A model generated the notes under the pieces. That model searched no databases. It was not told the DNA's origin and saw only the letters and a list, made by a program, of their open reading frames with translations. A stretch of DNA of 34,269 nt, from contig KZ539077.1 of assembly GCA_000934665.2 (NCBI GenBank), positions 1 through 34,269 of the forward strand, written 5' to 3'. The DNA comes from Catajapyx aquilonaris (taxonomy: Eukaryota). Below, in pieces: positions 12,001 to 24,700 of this stretch (the first letter of the stretch is position 1; each line of letters begins with the position of its first letter). The translations under genes and the position numbers were made by a program.

Positions 12001-15000
12001 CTGCCTACTCTTCAAAAGACGCAGATGCCGACGCCGAGCGGGGGCGGAGGAAATTCGCAACCCAACTCCCACTATACCCGCCTCCCTCTTCCTGCAAACT
12101 AGATCTCTCTAGCTCCCCTCTCCCCCCCTCTTTCCCCCTACTCCTTCCAATTTCTGAATGAAATCCCATTCGGGCACGGTTCCAACTGCACTTGGCTCTG
12201 GCCTCGGCGCGCTCGTTCACACGATAAAACTACAGCTATACCATCCTCACTAGGAAATCCAACTTTGGCCATACCGCTAAGTGTGGACATGGGTTTAGAT
12301 GACCAGCCTTGAAACACTAACTAAGGACAGAATATTAATATTTCTTTCTGAATTGAATTTTAAATATATCTTGAATAACTTAACATCAAGGAAAAAAAAT
12401 ATATGGACAGAGATTTTATGGGGTATAAAAAGTTTGGTCTCATTAGTAGCCCGCATTGCTCCAGATGTTACATGACGAGGTTTTGATTGTCGTCTTCGAA
12501 GTAATTCTTTTAAACTTTTCTTTTCCTTCGCAGCCTTCAGATGGAGCCAATAATGTTCCGTTTATATGCGGTGAAATTGGGCGAAATTCATTTTAACGTT
12601 TGATGTACCGGTTTTGTTTGATGAAACTGTTTAACTCTTTTGAATCATTTGCAACGTTTTTAATAATTAACTTCAAAATCAGGCAAAAATTTTGTAATTA
12701 TTCTTCAAAAAAATTTAGATTTTGCATATTAAGCCACACCATTCATTTTGTTTGTCGTGGTATTTTTGTAGTTGATATTAATTAGCAGAAGTATACAACT
12801 TTTTAATTAACATGTCATATTGGGCAGGTAGAAACGCCGCCACTTCACATTCACAAATTTATTTCACATATGAAATCATTTCCAACAATCTCGCCAACAA
12901 TGGCAATTAAGAGCTAGAGCTACAATGTGCAAAAATTGCAACAAATTAATTAGTTTTACTTCAACAAAAGTTTTAATAGGTTCTTACTTGAAGGCTTGGG
13001 TATTACAGTCAACAAGTTGGAAAATCATGAGTTTCGTTGTTTCACGAACTTAATACTTTCAACTTACCAAGTTTAATAACGAGCTCTTGACTATTATCTC
13101 AATCAAAAGGAACAGTAAGGGCCTATACAAAAGCTAACAACAGGCAGAACGTATTGCTAAGCGTTAAGAGCTGGCAGCTTCCTTTGTAGACTTCATTCAG
13201 TAGGAAACGCTTCCAACTATTCTCATTATTCGGACACCGCGTTCCAGCAGCACTAGACCCAAATAGTTGAAAACCGCTCCCGGTGGAGCATATGCTTTGG
13301 TGTTTAATCGCGCATAAGAGCAGCTTGTTAAAGCTAGAATTCACAGGAGCGCCCTGTTAACGATGGACCAACTAATATTAGGAATGACACCTTTCATTTG
13401 AAGGTTTGAATGCCATTTCGGTCGATTATATCCTAGGTTAAACCACCCCTATAGCGATAAGTTTAAAATTGTCTAAATTGAACACTATTTCTGTCTGACT
13501 CCGACATTCCAAATAAACATGGGCATAATGAGGTTCAAAATGCGAGTGGGCGAAAAACGTACTTTGACATATGACTGACGCCGTATTTTTCGGAAAAGCG
13601 TTGCCAGAAGCGGCTCTAAAGCCATCATAATGAGGTACGGAAATTGGACGTACACGAATGGCATTTTAAAATTCTGCTCGGTTCGTAATGCAATAGAACC
13701 AGACCTTAAGTAGGCTATACCAAATTGAGGAAACTGAATATGCGATCCCTAATTATGTCAGCTTCTTTAAACACTGATGGACAGAGCAAATAGTGTCTAA
13801 AGTAAAGCCAATATTTGCGCGATCGGAGCGTGAAAAACCGGGTTTTTATACCCGTGACAAGTTACATCCCCAAGACAACGGATAAGCATGGTGACTGATA
13901 GTTATATCCAAAGCGATGAATCCCGGCGTTGTGAAGTACAGATGCGATTAGAGTCCCAATTACTTTCTAATGGGATCACCATTTAGTGCGGCATAATTGG
14001 AGCGAGATTGAATTACCTTTTCCTCTTGTTTCTCCCGTGGGAAAATAATTCCAGATGGAGCTAGGTGTAACGTTATGAAAACGCATATTGGATTTGCAAC
14101 ATTAACGTATGCATTTATCCAGAAATTAGGTTTCGAGACTTATGTCACGGAGTTTCATTTTCAAGCTATCAAACTACTGAGGCAATTTAATGCCAGAGGC
14201 CCAATAACGAAATTTTTACAAAAAAATGGCACACTTATTTAGACCGACTTACGGGTTAATGTACAGTACGTATTTATTCACATAAGTTATGCCAATTGTT
14301 GTAAAAATCGAAAATTGTGGGCGACTTCTGGTATTGTTTGTCCGACTAAAATACCGGAACATTTCCGGCGATGGAGTCTCCGCGTGTTAAATTCCTGTTT
14401 GACATATCGTAATGAAGCTTAACTGAATTATTCCGGGCATTACATTTTAATGGACGTGGTCGGATATTAATCACGTTACACATACACCTACAGTAACTTG
14501 CCGGATCCCGTTGAGTGGACTATCAGAAATGCTGCAATCATGAGTAATAACAATTTTTTAAGTGTCATCGTGGGGGGTAGCCTATTTATAGCAGGTAATA
14601 ATAGCTACAGTATACTGTATTGTGTATGTTATATACCGTACTTAATTTTGAATGTGAATAAATATTCTAAAGTAAGCTCGTGATCGTTAATTACACTTTG
14701 TATTTAAAAATTAATTGCAACAACTGCTGATTCATGATCTGTTATTATGTCGATCTCATTATGATCCAGGATATTTGACCGCGGTTCTCATCCACGTGGC
14801 TTTCAGAAACTCGAAGCAAATTCAAACCCATGCTCCGCCTTCTGCACCCGAATTCCGACCATGAAGCAAGGCTTACGCTCTATATAATCCTGCCGTTGGA
14901 GACGAAGGCTATATAGCAATTAGCTCTGTTAGCGATAGCAAGTACCTGCGCATATTGCCATATCTAATTTCATCTCATAATTCTGAATATTACCGCAAAG

Positions 15001-15648
15001 CATTCGAATACCTCCATCGTCCTCAAACTTTGGGTCAATCATAATTCACGAAATTGGTAGAACCCTTGTTACACCCACTGTAAGTAAGCCTCGATCTTCC
15101 AGAGCAAGCAACGCATCCAAGCACAATGCAACCCAAATCTAGCTTAGCTGGAGAGAAAGTTTGTGAAGCGTGAAGCCTTGGTGAAGAGAGAGAGGATGGG
15201 CAATAATGCAAGTCGTCTGCACAAGCTTCTCTTGCATTCAAAGCAGGCCTCTCCTTTCCTTTACCCCCAAAAAACAAATCCATCCGACTTTAGCCAGGCT
15301 GCAGGCAGCACCAAGCCTTAAATTTAATTATGCCCTTAGAAGTGAAGGTGGTTGAACGCCCATGACTAGGAATCCGTCCCTGTCGTTCCCTCTCGCAGCA
15401 ACACCTATTTTGAATTGCTTGTTTGATTAAGGCCAAAAACGTGACTTATTTTCGGAATCGAGACTAGAATCGTGAATGGGCTGGCAAAACTGGCTCAATT
15501 CAATATTGAGAAGCCTTGAAGGAGCCTTGGGGGTGGGAAACAATTGCATTTTATTAAAATTTTTTGTAATTTCGTATTACGTGGCATACAAATGGTTCTT
15601 TTATTTACTAACTATGTGTATTGTTAGGTATGATTTTTTAATAATTAT

Positions 15649-15853
15649 TCTGAGCAAGGTGTATAAAGGATTCCTTTATAAGGTAAGTTTATAAGGTAAT
15701 GTGTATAAAGAATCCTTTATACACCTTGCTCAGATATAACTGCTCAGAATCAAGGTGTATAAATGATTCCTTTATAAGGTAAGTTTATAAGGTAACTTTA
15801 CACCTTTACACCTTTACACACCTTTACACACCTTTACACACCTTGACTCTGAG
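15649..15853. repeat. Two tandem ~90-110 bp hairpin units with a CCTTTACA(CA) minisatellite
   Basis: Perfect 25-bp inverted repeat at 15649-15673/15710-15734. Second inverted repeat at 15743-15763/15833-15853 (19/21). Direct repeat caaggtgtataaa..gattcctttataaggtaagtttataaggtaa at about 15656-15699 and 15751-15795. Confidence 0.8.
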
Positions 15854-15854
15854 T

Positions 15855-16080
15855 TACCACCACCACTGCCACTACCACCACCATTTCATCCTGATTGCAT
15901 ACTCTTCCGCACAACAGCTCTGCCACTTTGGTTCCATATAATCCAGGATAACCCCCCTGTAGAGCTTGAAGCCAATGTTCCTCATCCCTCTGCATTACAA
16001 ACACCGCCAAGTTTCCGCCTCTTGATTTATACTAGTCTGTAACTGTGCCAATCTTGGATACAACTCTGATGTTGGCAATG
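15855..16080 (-). mobile_element. Degenerate 3' end of an RTE-clade non-LTR retrotransposon
   Basis: Minus-strand translation with stops and frameshifts gives ..GTVTD*../IKRRK/..VMQRDEEHWLQALQGGYPG../KWQSCCAEEYAI. This resembles the RTE post-RT C-terminus (..VxDI..IKxxKWxWAGHVMRRxDxRW..xWxP..WRxxGEAY, recalled consensus). It is followed by a (TGG)n-type tandem tail at 15855-15883. Confidence 0.5.
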
Positions 16081-18020
16081 ATTAATCACAGTTAGTTCAA
16101 GTCTCGCCTTCATTGAATCGAAATATCCTTCTACCATTCCCCCCATTCATACCCCTGTTGCAAAATGGCCCGAACCCGAATTGAGTGGGGAGTGGGAGGG
16201 GATAGGGATGAACGTCACAAATCCCCTCCACCTCCCCTCTTTTTCTCCCTTCCTCTCCCCCTTTTACCCGAAACCCAAAATCAGCCTCCACCCCACTTCC
16301 ATTGACTCAGCGTTAGGACCAGCCCCATTTCGTGCAGCTGTTGTCAGGGGGGGCCATTGCTTTCCACCCACGCAAAAAGTACATAAACAGTAAAAACTGG
16401 TTCCACACCTTCTTCTTTTTTTACATGACGGTCGGCTTCAGAATGATTTATGATGCACCTGGACAGGATACTTTAGGAAAATTAGCCTGAAAAAGTGGTA
16501 ACAATGATATATCGCTGGACGCAGGCCTCATCATACTGTAGAGCTTCCCAAAATTGAATTTTGCCAGCGGGTGGGTATGGGCGGCAGATGGGAGTTTTAA
16601 AAATGGGGAATTGGGGAGATCAAAATATTTTTGATGGGATATAGGTTCTATGAATTATTATGGCTGCGTATATTTTCAAGCCGATCACACCAATGTAGAC
16701 AAATCCGGAGCTATCTTGAAATAGTTTTTTGGGTCAGAATATGTTCCATGTTTAAGGAGACATTATTACACATTCTTAGCTATTTGTGGCTGAATTACCC
16801 ACTATTAAATTTATTTTAAGAAAATTCATGCGTGATTTTTACGGTTACGTGCACTGTTTAGCATTCCTAAAATTTAAACCTGCTGTTGCGCGTCCTCACG
16901 TGCGATGGAATACGGTACATGCATGCAATTTAAAAGCAGTATGTAAAAGCAGAAGTATGTGGGCTTTTTAGATAGGTTGTCTTATCAGTGACTCGATACC
17001 TCTAGGTAGCTAAAAACTCCGGCACCATTTGACCCTTTGCTACCATTTGTGTCTACACTGCATTAAAAACACTACGGAGTGCCAAACTTAGAAATGCTTT
17101 TAGCGATATTTTAACGGCGACCGTTAAACCTATCGATGTCTATTTCTCTCGCAAATGTGCTAGCAAAATCAAAGTACCTTCTCTGCCTTTAGAAGATCAT
17201 CCAAAACTAGAAGCATAGTTTTTTCGAAAATTATATGACCCTGTGATTGAAAAGAATTCTAAGAATGTTGGCCAAATCGTGTGTGTTATCGTGTTATTTT
17301 TACCCAAATTATTTCTGGTGGGTGGTGGATTCCTCTGACGCTATTGCAGTGTCCGTTTGCGTGTGTGTACATGTGTAGACGTTTATTTCCAGGCTATAAA
17401 TGAGTATGTACGAGCACGATTTACGGCCACGATAGGGGTCTCTCGATTTAAATTCTCTGCATCAGAGTAACTGCAAACGCATGAGTTTCCTGCCGCACTG
17501 CAAGGTTAGGCTGATAAGAATCACACACATGCAAATTTTATGTGTGCTTCTGCTTGATTTAAATAGCTTATCTCTCCTGCAGTGTTTTCAAATGGATTAT
17601 CGAAATATGGACCAATATCTCTCTTTCTCTCTCTCTCCCTTTCTGCCTCATCTGCTTTTGTGCTTTTGTACCAGGGACTCCAACTTGACGATCGAAATAT
17701 TTGGCTACTACAATATTCAGATTACTTGTTATTATTCAATTTGCACTTTAAGCTGCTTTCCTCTTTTCCATCTTCTAAATATATTCTTCAAAAAGTTAAC
17801 TGCTTCTGGGGCTTGACTTTTGTACAGCGCATTCTTTGCAACAAAAAAAAACTCATTGCATGTCTGATGTAATTGGACATACCGTATGTCAATTATTGGT
17901 GTTATTCAACTTTTACAGAAATTTGAAAGAGTTGACTATTTTTCAAAATTATTTTTGTAAACACGAATCTTTTTTATTGTGATTACCACTAAGTGTAATG
18001 ATCAAAATTGCCCCTTACAG

Positions 18021-18141
18021 CCCAAATGTACCGAAGTGGAAAACCGCAAATGCAGCGTCAACAGTGAATGCGCTTGTCAAGGCCCCCACTTGTACCGATG
18101 TTCGGCAGGCAGATGCCGCTTCTTATCTCTCAGTGATACAG
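18021..18141 (+). CDS. Cys-rich coding exon (PKCTEVENRKCSVNSECACQGPHLYRCSAGRCRFLSLSDT), probably the third coding exon of the same gene
   Basis: Acceptor ttgccccttacAG ends at 18020 and a consensus donor CAG|GTGAGT is at 18141/18142. The phase-0 start matches the phase-0 donor at 11646. Six Cys are spaced C-x7-C-x5-C-x1-C-x7-C-x4-C. Linkage to the upstream exons across a 6374-bp intron is inferred. Confidence 0.7.
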
Positions 18142-18378
18142 GTGAGTCCCACAATTTGAATGGAAAACTTCCAAGAAAAGAGTCAGACACAGAGAAAGAG
18201 ACTGAAAAAAAAAATAATCCTGACCTAATTTCCAACTCAATCTCATTAGAGCTACTTATCAGTCTGCCCTATACAAATGTTAGAAAAATACTGGAAAAGC
18301 TCATGGTATTCATTAGAAGACTATGTCTGCTATAAAGTGAAGGGTTTCTTTTGACCTTCCACTATCTTCATTCATCAG

Positions 18379-18425
18379 GTTTTTGGACGCCAACAAACCA
18401 ACAGAGTTCGGTTCTTCATTATTGA
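18379..18425 (+). CDS. Candidate terminal coding exon (GFWTPTNQQSSVLHY*)
   Basis: Pyrimidine-rich acceptor atcttcattcatcAG ends at 18378. A phase-1 join gives 15 residues and TGA at 18423-18425, for a model of about 427 aa. A competing acceptor at 18462 exists. Confidence 0.45.
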
Positions 18426-18711
18426 AACCCTAATTTTAACAATGGCATCTATTTTTATTCAGGTGGTACAGTTCATGCCTTTGACCCTAAACTTGGTACA
18501 TTCGCCCTTGAGTTGACCTCTTCATTCCAAGCAATTATGGTCGATTACGTTTTGAGACTGACAAGAGACTGTTGTCTCAGAATGTCACTGCCGCCCCTTT
18601 TATCTTACCTAATTATCATGCTAATTTTGTTTGCCGTCGCCTCAGAGAAAAATGCCAACTTTCTCCACCGGTGTCTTCCGGCGTGATGGATAGCTTGTCG
18701 AAGTCTGGCCG

Positions 18712-18717
18712 AATAAA
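18712..18717 (+). promoter_or_regulatory. Candidate polyadenylation signal AATAAA
   Basis: AATAAA lies downstream of both candidate stop codons (18425 and 18686). The hexamer is common in AT-rich DNA. Confidence 0.3.
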
Positions 18718-21700
18718 GTTAGCACGAAATTCAGAGAAGAGAATATAAGTCAAAAAAATTATATTGGAGTTATGCAACCAGAATTTCAAATTAGATTTTT
18801 GGCTCAGAGAATGTTTGGCATAATTTTTTCGACAGCCAGTACGTTCTATGCTATTCAATTAGTTTATGCCGCTCATTTCAATTACCATGATATTTTCTGT
18901 TATCATTCTTCACGTATAGAGCCATAAATAATTGCGCTGAAAATGTCATACACACATCAGTTTAAATTTACTTCCATTAATATCAAGTCGGATGGCGTAA
19001 ATAATTGCCAATCAAACTGATATGGTACGGTCCTCGGTGATTTATTTTCCTGTCGAACAAAAAGCAACATATTCAATGCGGGAGCACCGGATTGAGTCAA
19101 CAACTTTGTTTACTCTGTTCTGTGATGTTAGGAAAAAAATCCCAGTCCCTCTGTGATAGGCATCGATTTCCTCCACTTGTTTCATCGGACTTCCCTTCCA
19201 ACTACAATAGTCCTTAAATGAAAGGAATCCTTATTGGAGCACAAATTGGCAAGGATCGCACGTAATTCCACGTTCTTTTGCAATGTAAGTCCAAATAAAA
19301 TGGGTCATGCGAAAACCTGTAACGGAAAAAAGAACCTTGGGATTCTTTACGACTGCGACTCCACAAGTTGTACATATAATTTAAATACCCTCTTGCTTTT
19401 AAACAATTCCACAATATATAATATTAAAATCCTATTCCTGTTGCATTCTGATTAGTACGCCACATAATGTTACCGCGACGCTTCCGATTGGCTCCCGTTC
19501 TGGGCAGGCGCAAAGGGGGTGAAGGTAGCGCTCTGGTGGGTGACAAGTGGAAGTGAGCAAAGCGAGGGTTTTTCTACAAGAATTTCTCGTAGAATGCTTT
19601 TAATTAACCCAAATGATTTCAGTGTCAGCGACAAAATGCTTTTTAGAAAATTCTAGTTTGTAACTTTTCCTACTAAAAAATTGTGGGGCTATTTTATACA
19701 AGTTACTGTCGAGAAATGATGGGGAAAAATGATACAAAAAATGACACACCCACACAATTTTTGAACGAAGCAAGGAAGCGCAATTAGCTGCCTATTAGTT
19801 TTAATTAGGGAATCCTGACAGGCTTCTAGGGGTTTGTTTACGAGGATATCGGAGTAAAATTACATCTTGTGTGCCTGAAAAGGAAGGGTGGGGAAGGAAA
19901 GGGGGGGGGGGGGGGGGGGGGGGGTGGGGGGGGGAGGGANAAGGATTGATGGCTCGGAAAGGCCACTTTGATGAAGGCGAGAGAGCTCGCTTCCAAAGGG
20001 CCCTAGGATCTAGCTAAAAATAGCACGTGAAATCAGTGAACTGCTTTTTTTTTTTTTAAAAAAAAAAAAGGCTGGCCTGCGTCAATGGCGAGGACACAAT
20101 GAACAATTGCGATATTGTCATTGAAAAAACCCCCTCATTATTGGATGTGATCGGATTACTCCACTATTTTAAACCAGGGCGGGATTTGGTTCATCCTTCA
20201 CAATCGCGAAAGGCTATTGGCGCTTGGAAAACCAGCTGATATATGTGCCAAAAATAAACTGATCCCGATCTATTTATGCGATCTATTGTGCACGAAAATT
20301 TCAGCCTAATGAATGGATGCCATAAATATTGTTGCATAATCCTTTCTCAATAACTGTTTGCGTCACTTTTCTAGGAATATCTACCATCTGCACGTTAAGC
20401 CCCCTTACATACAGTTCTGCTGGTGGCTCTTATTGCGATCTCAAACTGCGACACGATTTTGCACTCCCACATCCCCAAAATGGAAACCAAAATCCCTTGA
20501 ATAAGACCGGCGGGTATGTATAGAGCTGACATCGCACGTTTAGTAGTTCTAAAGCTGTTCCTAGAAGAGCGGTATAAACGTTTCAAAGATATGAATGGAC
20601 ATTTCATATCAAACATGGGATCAAAAAGGTGGACAAGTGCAAGGGACTTGAGCTTGACATTTCCACCCCCGTCCACTCTATTATCCTTCTGGGTACAAGG
20701 TACAACATAAAGTTTAAAGCCTTTCCCACATTTGCGCGTCAGCTTAAGGAAACTGGTTGAGCCAAAACATGCTTTGTCCAAACTGAAGGAAATCCTTCTC
20801 CCAATTCCCACTGAGAGATCTCTTTACTACCCTGGTTTGTTAGTCATGGGGCTCTGAGCCAGCTATGTGCTTTGAGGCCATGTGCATAGATCAAAGGGAA
20901 GGTCCCAACTTGGACTTCTAGCGTCCATGTCCCTGCTGACATGTTGTGAGGGTTTCTAGGAATTAATTGCCTGACCTACTTGTTTCACCTGCTCTCGGCT
21001 CCTTTTCAAGCTTGTGACGACTTTACATGTTGCTCAATTATGTCCGTTGGCAACCGTTAGAATTTTGAATAGAACTTGAGAGTGTAAAGGTTGTTTGCTA
21101 TAGACTTATTTCGAAAATCTGCGGAGGTGGCAATATCGACCCTCTGGTAATATACACGGTCTTTTCTCTAGGAATTAGCTGTAGGCTCTTCTATTTGACA
21201 AGGACTAAAGACTTTTCTCTTGTGGTTTTCCTCCAATAAGCGAATCTAAGCTTCGACTTGTTTGCCCAACTTTGTGGTCGGTAACATTCTTAATGCGCTG
21301 AGTAGGAGGGAATAGGAGGAGAGGATCCACTTTTGTGGCCATCCATCATCCGAACACACAAAGGTGGCATTGGGGGTCTCTCACTTTCCTCCATTACTTT
21401 CCACCGCTTTTCGGCTACCACAACTGAAGCGCTCCACAAAGAGATATAATGCGCTCCAAGTCACAAGTACAAATTGCTGGCTTCTCAGACCCTAATTTAT
21501 AACCTATTTTCCAGTCTTTGAAAATTCCGTTTAAATTCCGCTTAATGAATGGGAAGGTAAAGTAGAAATTCCATACCAATGTTGGGGAATTGCAGACCAC
21601 CGAATAGGTGGGGGTTGTTAATGCTTTAAATGCAAAAAATGTACAAATAATAATGGGGTTTTAGCTATAAAATTTGACACGAACAGCACCCACTTCGCAT

Positions 21701-24700
21701 AATGTTATGGTCTGTTGGCGCACAATTTCATTTACGCAATCATCTGAAAATGCTGCCCATTATATGACGCCCATTCTTTTAGGCCATTCATAATTACAGG
21801 TTAACATTCCTGTGGTCTAACCGTTCCTGGAATGAGAGCCCGCATTACCATATGCGCATAATAAATTCACTTTATTAGCAGGGGGACATGATGGGAAAAT
21901 TCTCTTTAAAAAGTTCTCGCGACATATGGGAAGTGCGTAACATTATTGAATCAAATGACTTTAACTCACTGTGTTTTTGTAATCTACTGCACATATTCAT
22001 GTGAAAAGCAACATCTGCCATTTTGAGAGTACCATCATCATCAAGCTTTCAAAATTGACATACTCTGCAGTTCTCAGTTCTGAACAAACACACTCGTATG
22101 GAAAATATACCACGCCCTGTTTCACTTGACAACAAAAACGTGACAAATTGTTCCGTCCAGAAAACATTTACCCAGCGTTACACGCGAGCAGATTACTTTC
22201 ATTGGACATCATTCGCCCACATCTACACTGTCATCAGATTTGTATCAAAGGGGCGCTCTCCATAATAGGCTATATATTCAGAGTGGAAATGTTTTATCCC
22301 CGAGTTAGATCGACGATCAGCTCCTCTCCATCCATGGCATTTGTGCAGAGGGATTTAGAATTTTTTGGCATTTGAAGGACAGAGAGAACAGGCTTCAATC
22401 ATGATTCAAAAATTAGGTCAGACCATATTACGATTCAGCAGCCATGTGTCACGTACAGTCAATACCTGATGTTCCACCAATGTTACACGGGTAAAAATTA
22501 TTCTACCTGATCTGTGCAATCTGATTTCAATATTTATACTGTTCCTGTGCGAATATTTAAGCAAGTATTTTAAATTTTAAATCGTTGATTGTGTAAGCTG
22601 CACTGCTGCTATTTGTGATTATAACTTGGCCATATTAAGTTCTTTTTAAACTATGCATAGAAATTCCTGTTGGAAAAGTTTTCTCATTACATTTGACCGA
22701 CCACGACGACTTCGACGTGGAAAACTTTTTATTATTATTTTCACAAGCTCATTCCAAATATAGCTGATGAAATTGCAGTTATTTTTACAGTCCAAAAACT
22801 TCCACCGGAAATATCTTTTTAAATCAGAAAATCCCGAATGTTCGATCGCCTCCGCAGCCATCTCACAAAATTACCCACCAGTGACCCACGCTTAAACTGC
22901 CCCCTCAACTTGTTGACCTTTTCCCCCTTCGCCCCTCAATGACGGTCACGCTCTCTATGGCCCAGCACATTATTCCTGGAAACTCCGCCGTTATCTAAGC
23001 CTAACCGACAACACCTGCGTCAGATTAATGAAAAGCCTGCCTTTGCTGATGACGAGATGAAAACTCGAGCTAAGAGTGTTTCCATGCAGATATTGTGACA
23101 ACAATCCGTCATTCAACGTCCTTATCTACACCCACGTCCTACGCACTTATATACTGGTCCATTGACAAAACATAATTAGTTTCCTGAATTTTACATGCAC
23201 ATTCCGACAGGAAATTCCCAAGTGTGTATTGGAGCATGCAACTCATTGGTTATACCCCCGTCGAATTGGGTTCTCTTTGAATACCCCTTCCGGAGCGATG
23301 AATGAAGCCTGCGAATCAATGAGAACCTAAAATCGATCCATGCTAAAACCCGACCTAGTTGGGTTACGAGAGCAACGATCTGACTACCTATAACTAATTC
23401 TATATCTATTGTTATATTATAGTCTCGGACCGACTTGGAAGCTGGCACTCAACTCCCTTGGAAAGCAGTGACCTGGGACTCTGGCAGAGGCGTAAGAGGA
23501 ACACCTAGAACCACTCGAGCTGTTCTACCACCGCAGCTATATAGGCTGCAATTCTAAATCCATGTAAGCTCCCCACCTTAAAAAAAAAAAGCTTCCTAAA
23601 CTATAAAAAAAATGCTGCTACAGGGAGTACTAAACTCCAATCGTCCTTCTGTCGATGGACAATCCTCTACTGGAAGCAACTTTCAATCCCACTTGTCACT
23701 TCTTATTGGTCAGGTGGGGGACGCCATTTTTTTTTTTTGCTTTCTGAAAAAAAAAAATGTACCATTTTTGAGAAACAATGCTACCGTATGGTGGGCAATA
23801 TGTTTCTTGCAGGTTGCTTAAATATCTGTCGTAGCCGCAGCAAATTCAGGAGGCCCCAGTTTTTGGCATGGTATTTTCATAGAATGCGAGTCAGTGTTGG
23901 AAATACCGGCCATTTTGAGGTTTTAAACCAGTTTTAACAAACAAACAAAAAAAACAGCGGTGTTTACATTCCTTGTGTTTCTTTGTTTATTGTGGTCACT
24001 GGGAAAGTTGGCTCTTTGTGGAAAAGCAAATCAGTGAACATTTTGAGTAATTAAATGTCTCACACTTGTGGGCGCCATTTTTTCACCCACATTATGCTAA
24101 GGAACGTGGTTAATATGAGAGTTTTAAAAAAAAAATGTAATGTGTGGCTAGCAAAAACAGGCTCTTTCAACTGAGAAAGGGAACAAAAAAACAGGATCGA
24201 TTCCATGAATGGGATCCTCACGAGGCTTGCACACGTTAATGCTGCACGTTATAAATGGCTGGAAAACTATACCGTGCATTGGCATTGTTGGCAGATTCCA
24301 AGCCACACTGTGGCATTGATTTTAATTTAATTGATGGCGTGAATAGTGTGCGCAAGTTGTGTTCTTAAAATGTTCAGACTGACGCAATTCTCGGCTTTAT
24401 TCGAAAAAGAAAAAAAAAACATGTATAGATAGAGTAGGTGGAGCGTATAGAAGTTTAAAAAAAAATTAAATATGTAGAATTTTCCATGGAATGTACACAA
24501 TTCGTACGACTCTGACAATAATGATCATATCCCAGAATATATCACATATGTAAAATGTATGTTCAACATATTTACTGTACGTACAGAACCTACTTTTAGA
24601 TACAGAGTCCCCCATCCCAAGCATTACCTGTGCACATTCTAGAAATACTTTCCTCTATTTTTGCTGAGCAACTTGAAACCCCCCAACAGTTTTAATCTCC

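Noticed and set aside
13123..13344. Minus-strand NKLLL...GFQLFGSSA resembling a Jockey-type RT C-terminal motif
   Set aside because: The spacing is off and there are no supporting flanking motifs. It is too weak without a profile search.
20395..20811. 138-aa minus-strand ORF
   Set aside because: No recognisable motif, no true ATG at the listed start, and no convincing splice context.
23046..23070. Hammerhead ribozyme core (CTGATGA-CGAG...CTCG) of Penelope type
   Set aside because: The required GAAA after stem II reads GAGC, and I could not find stems I and III.
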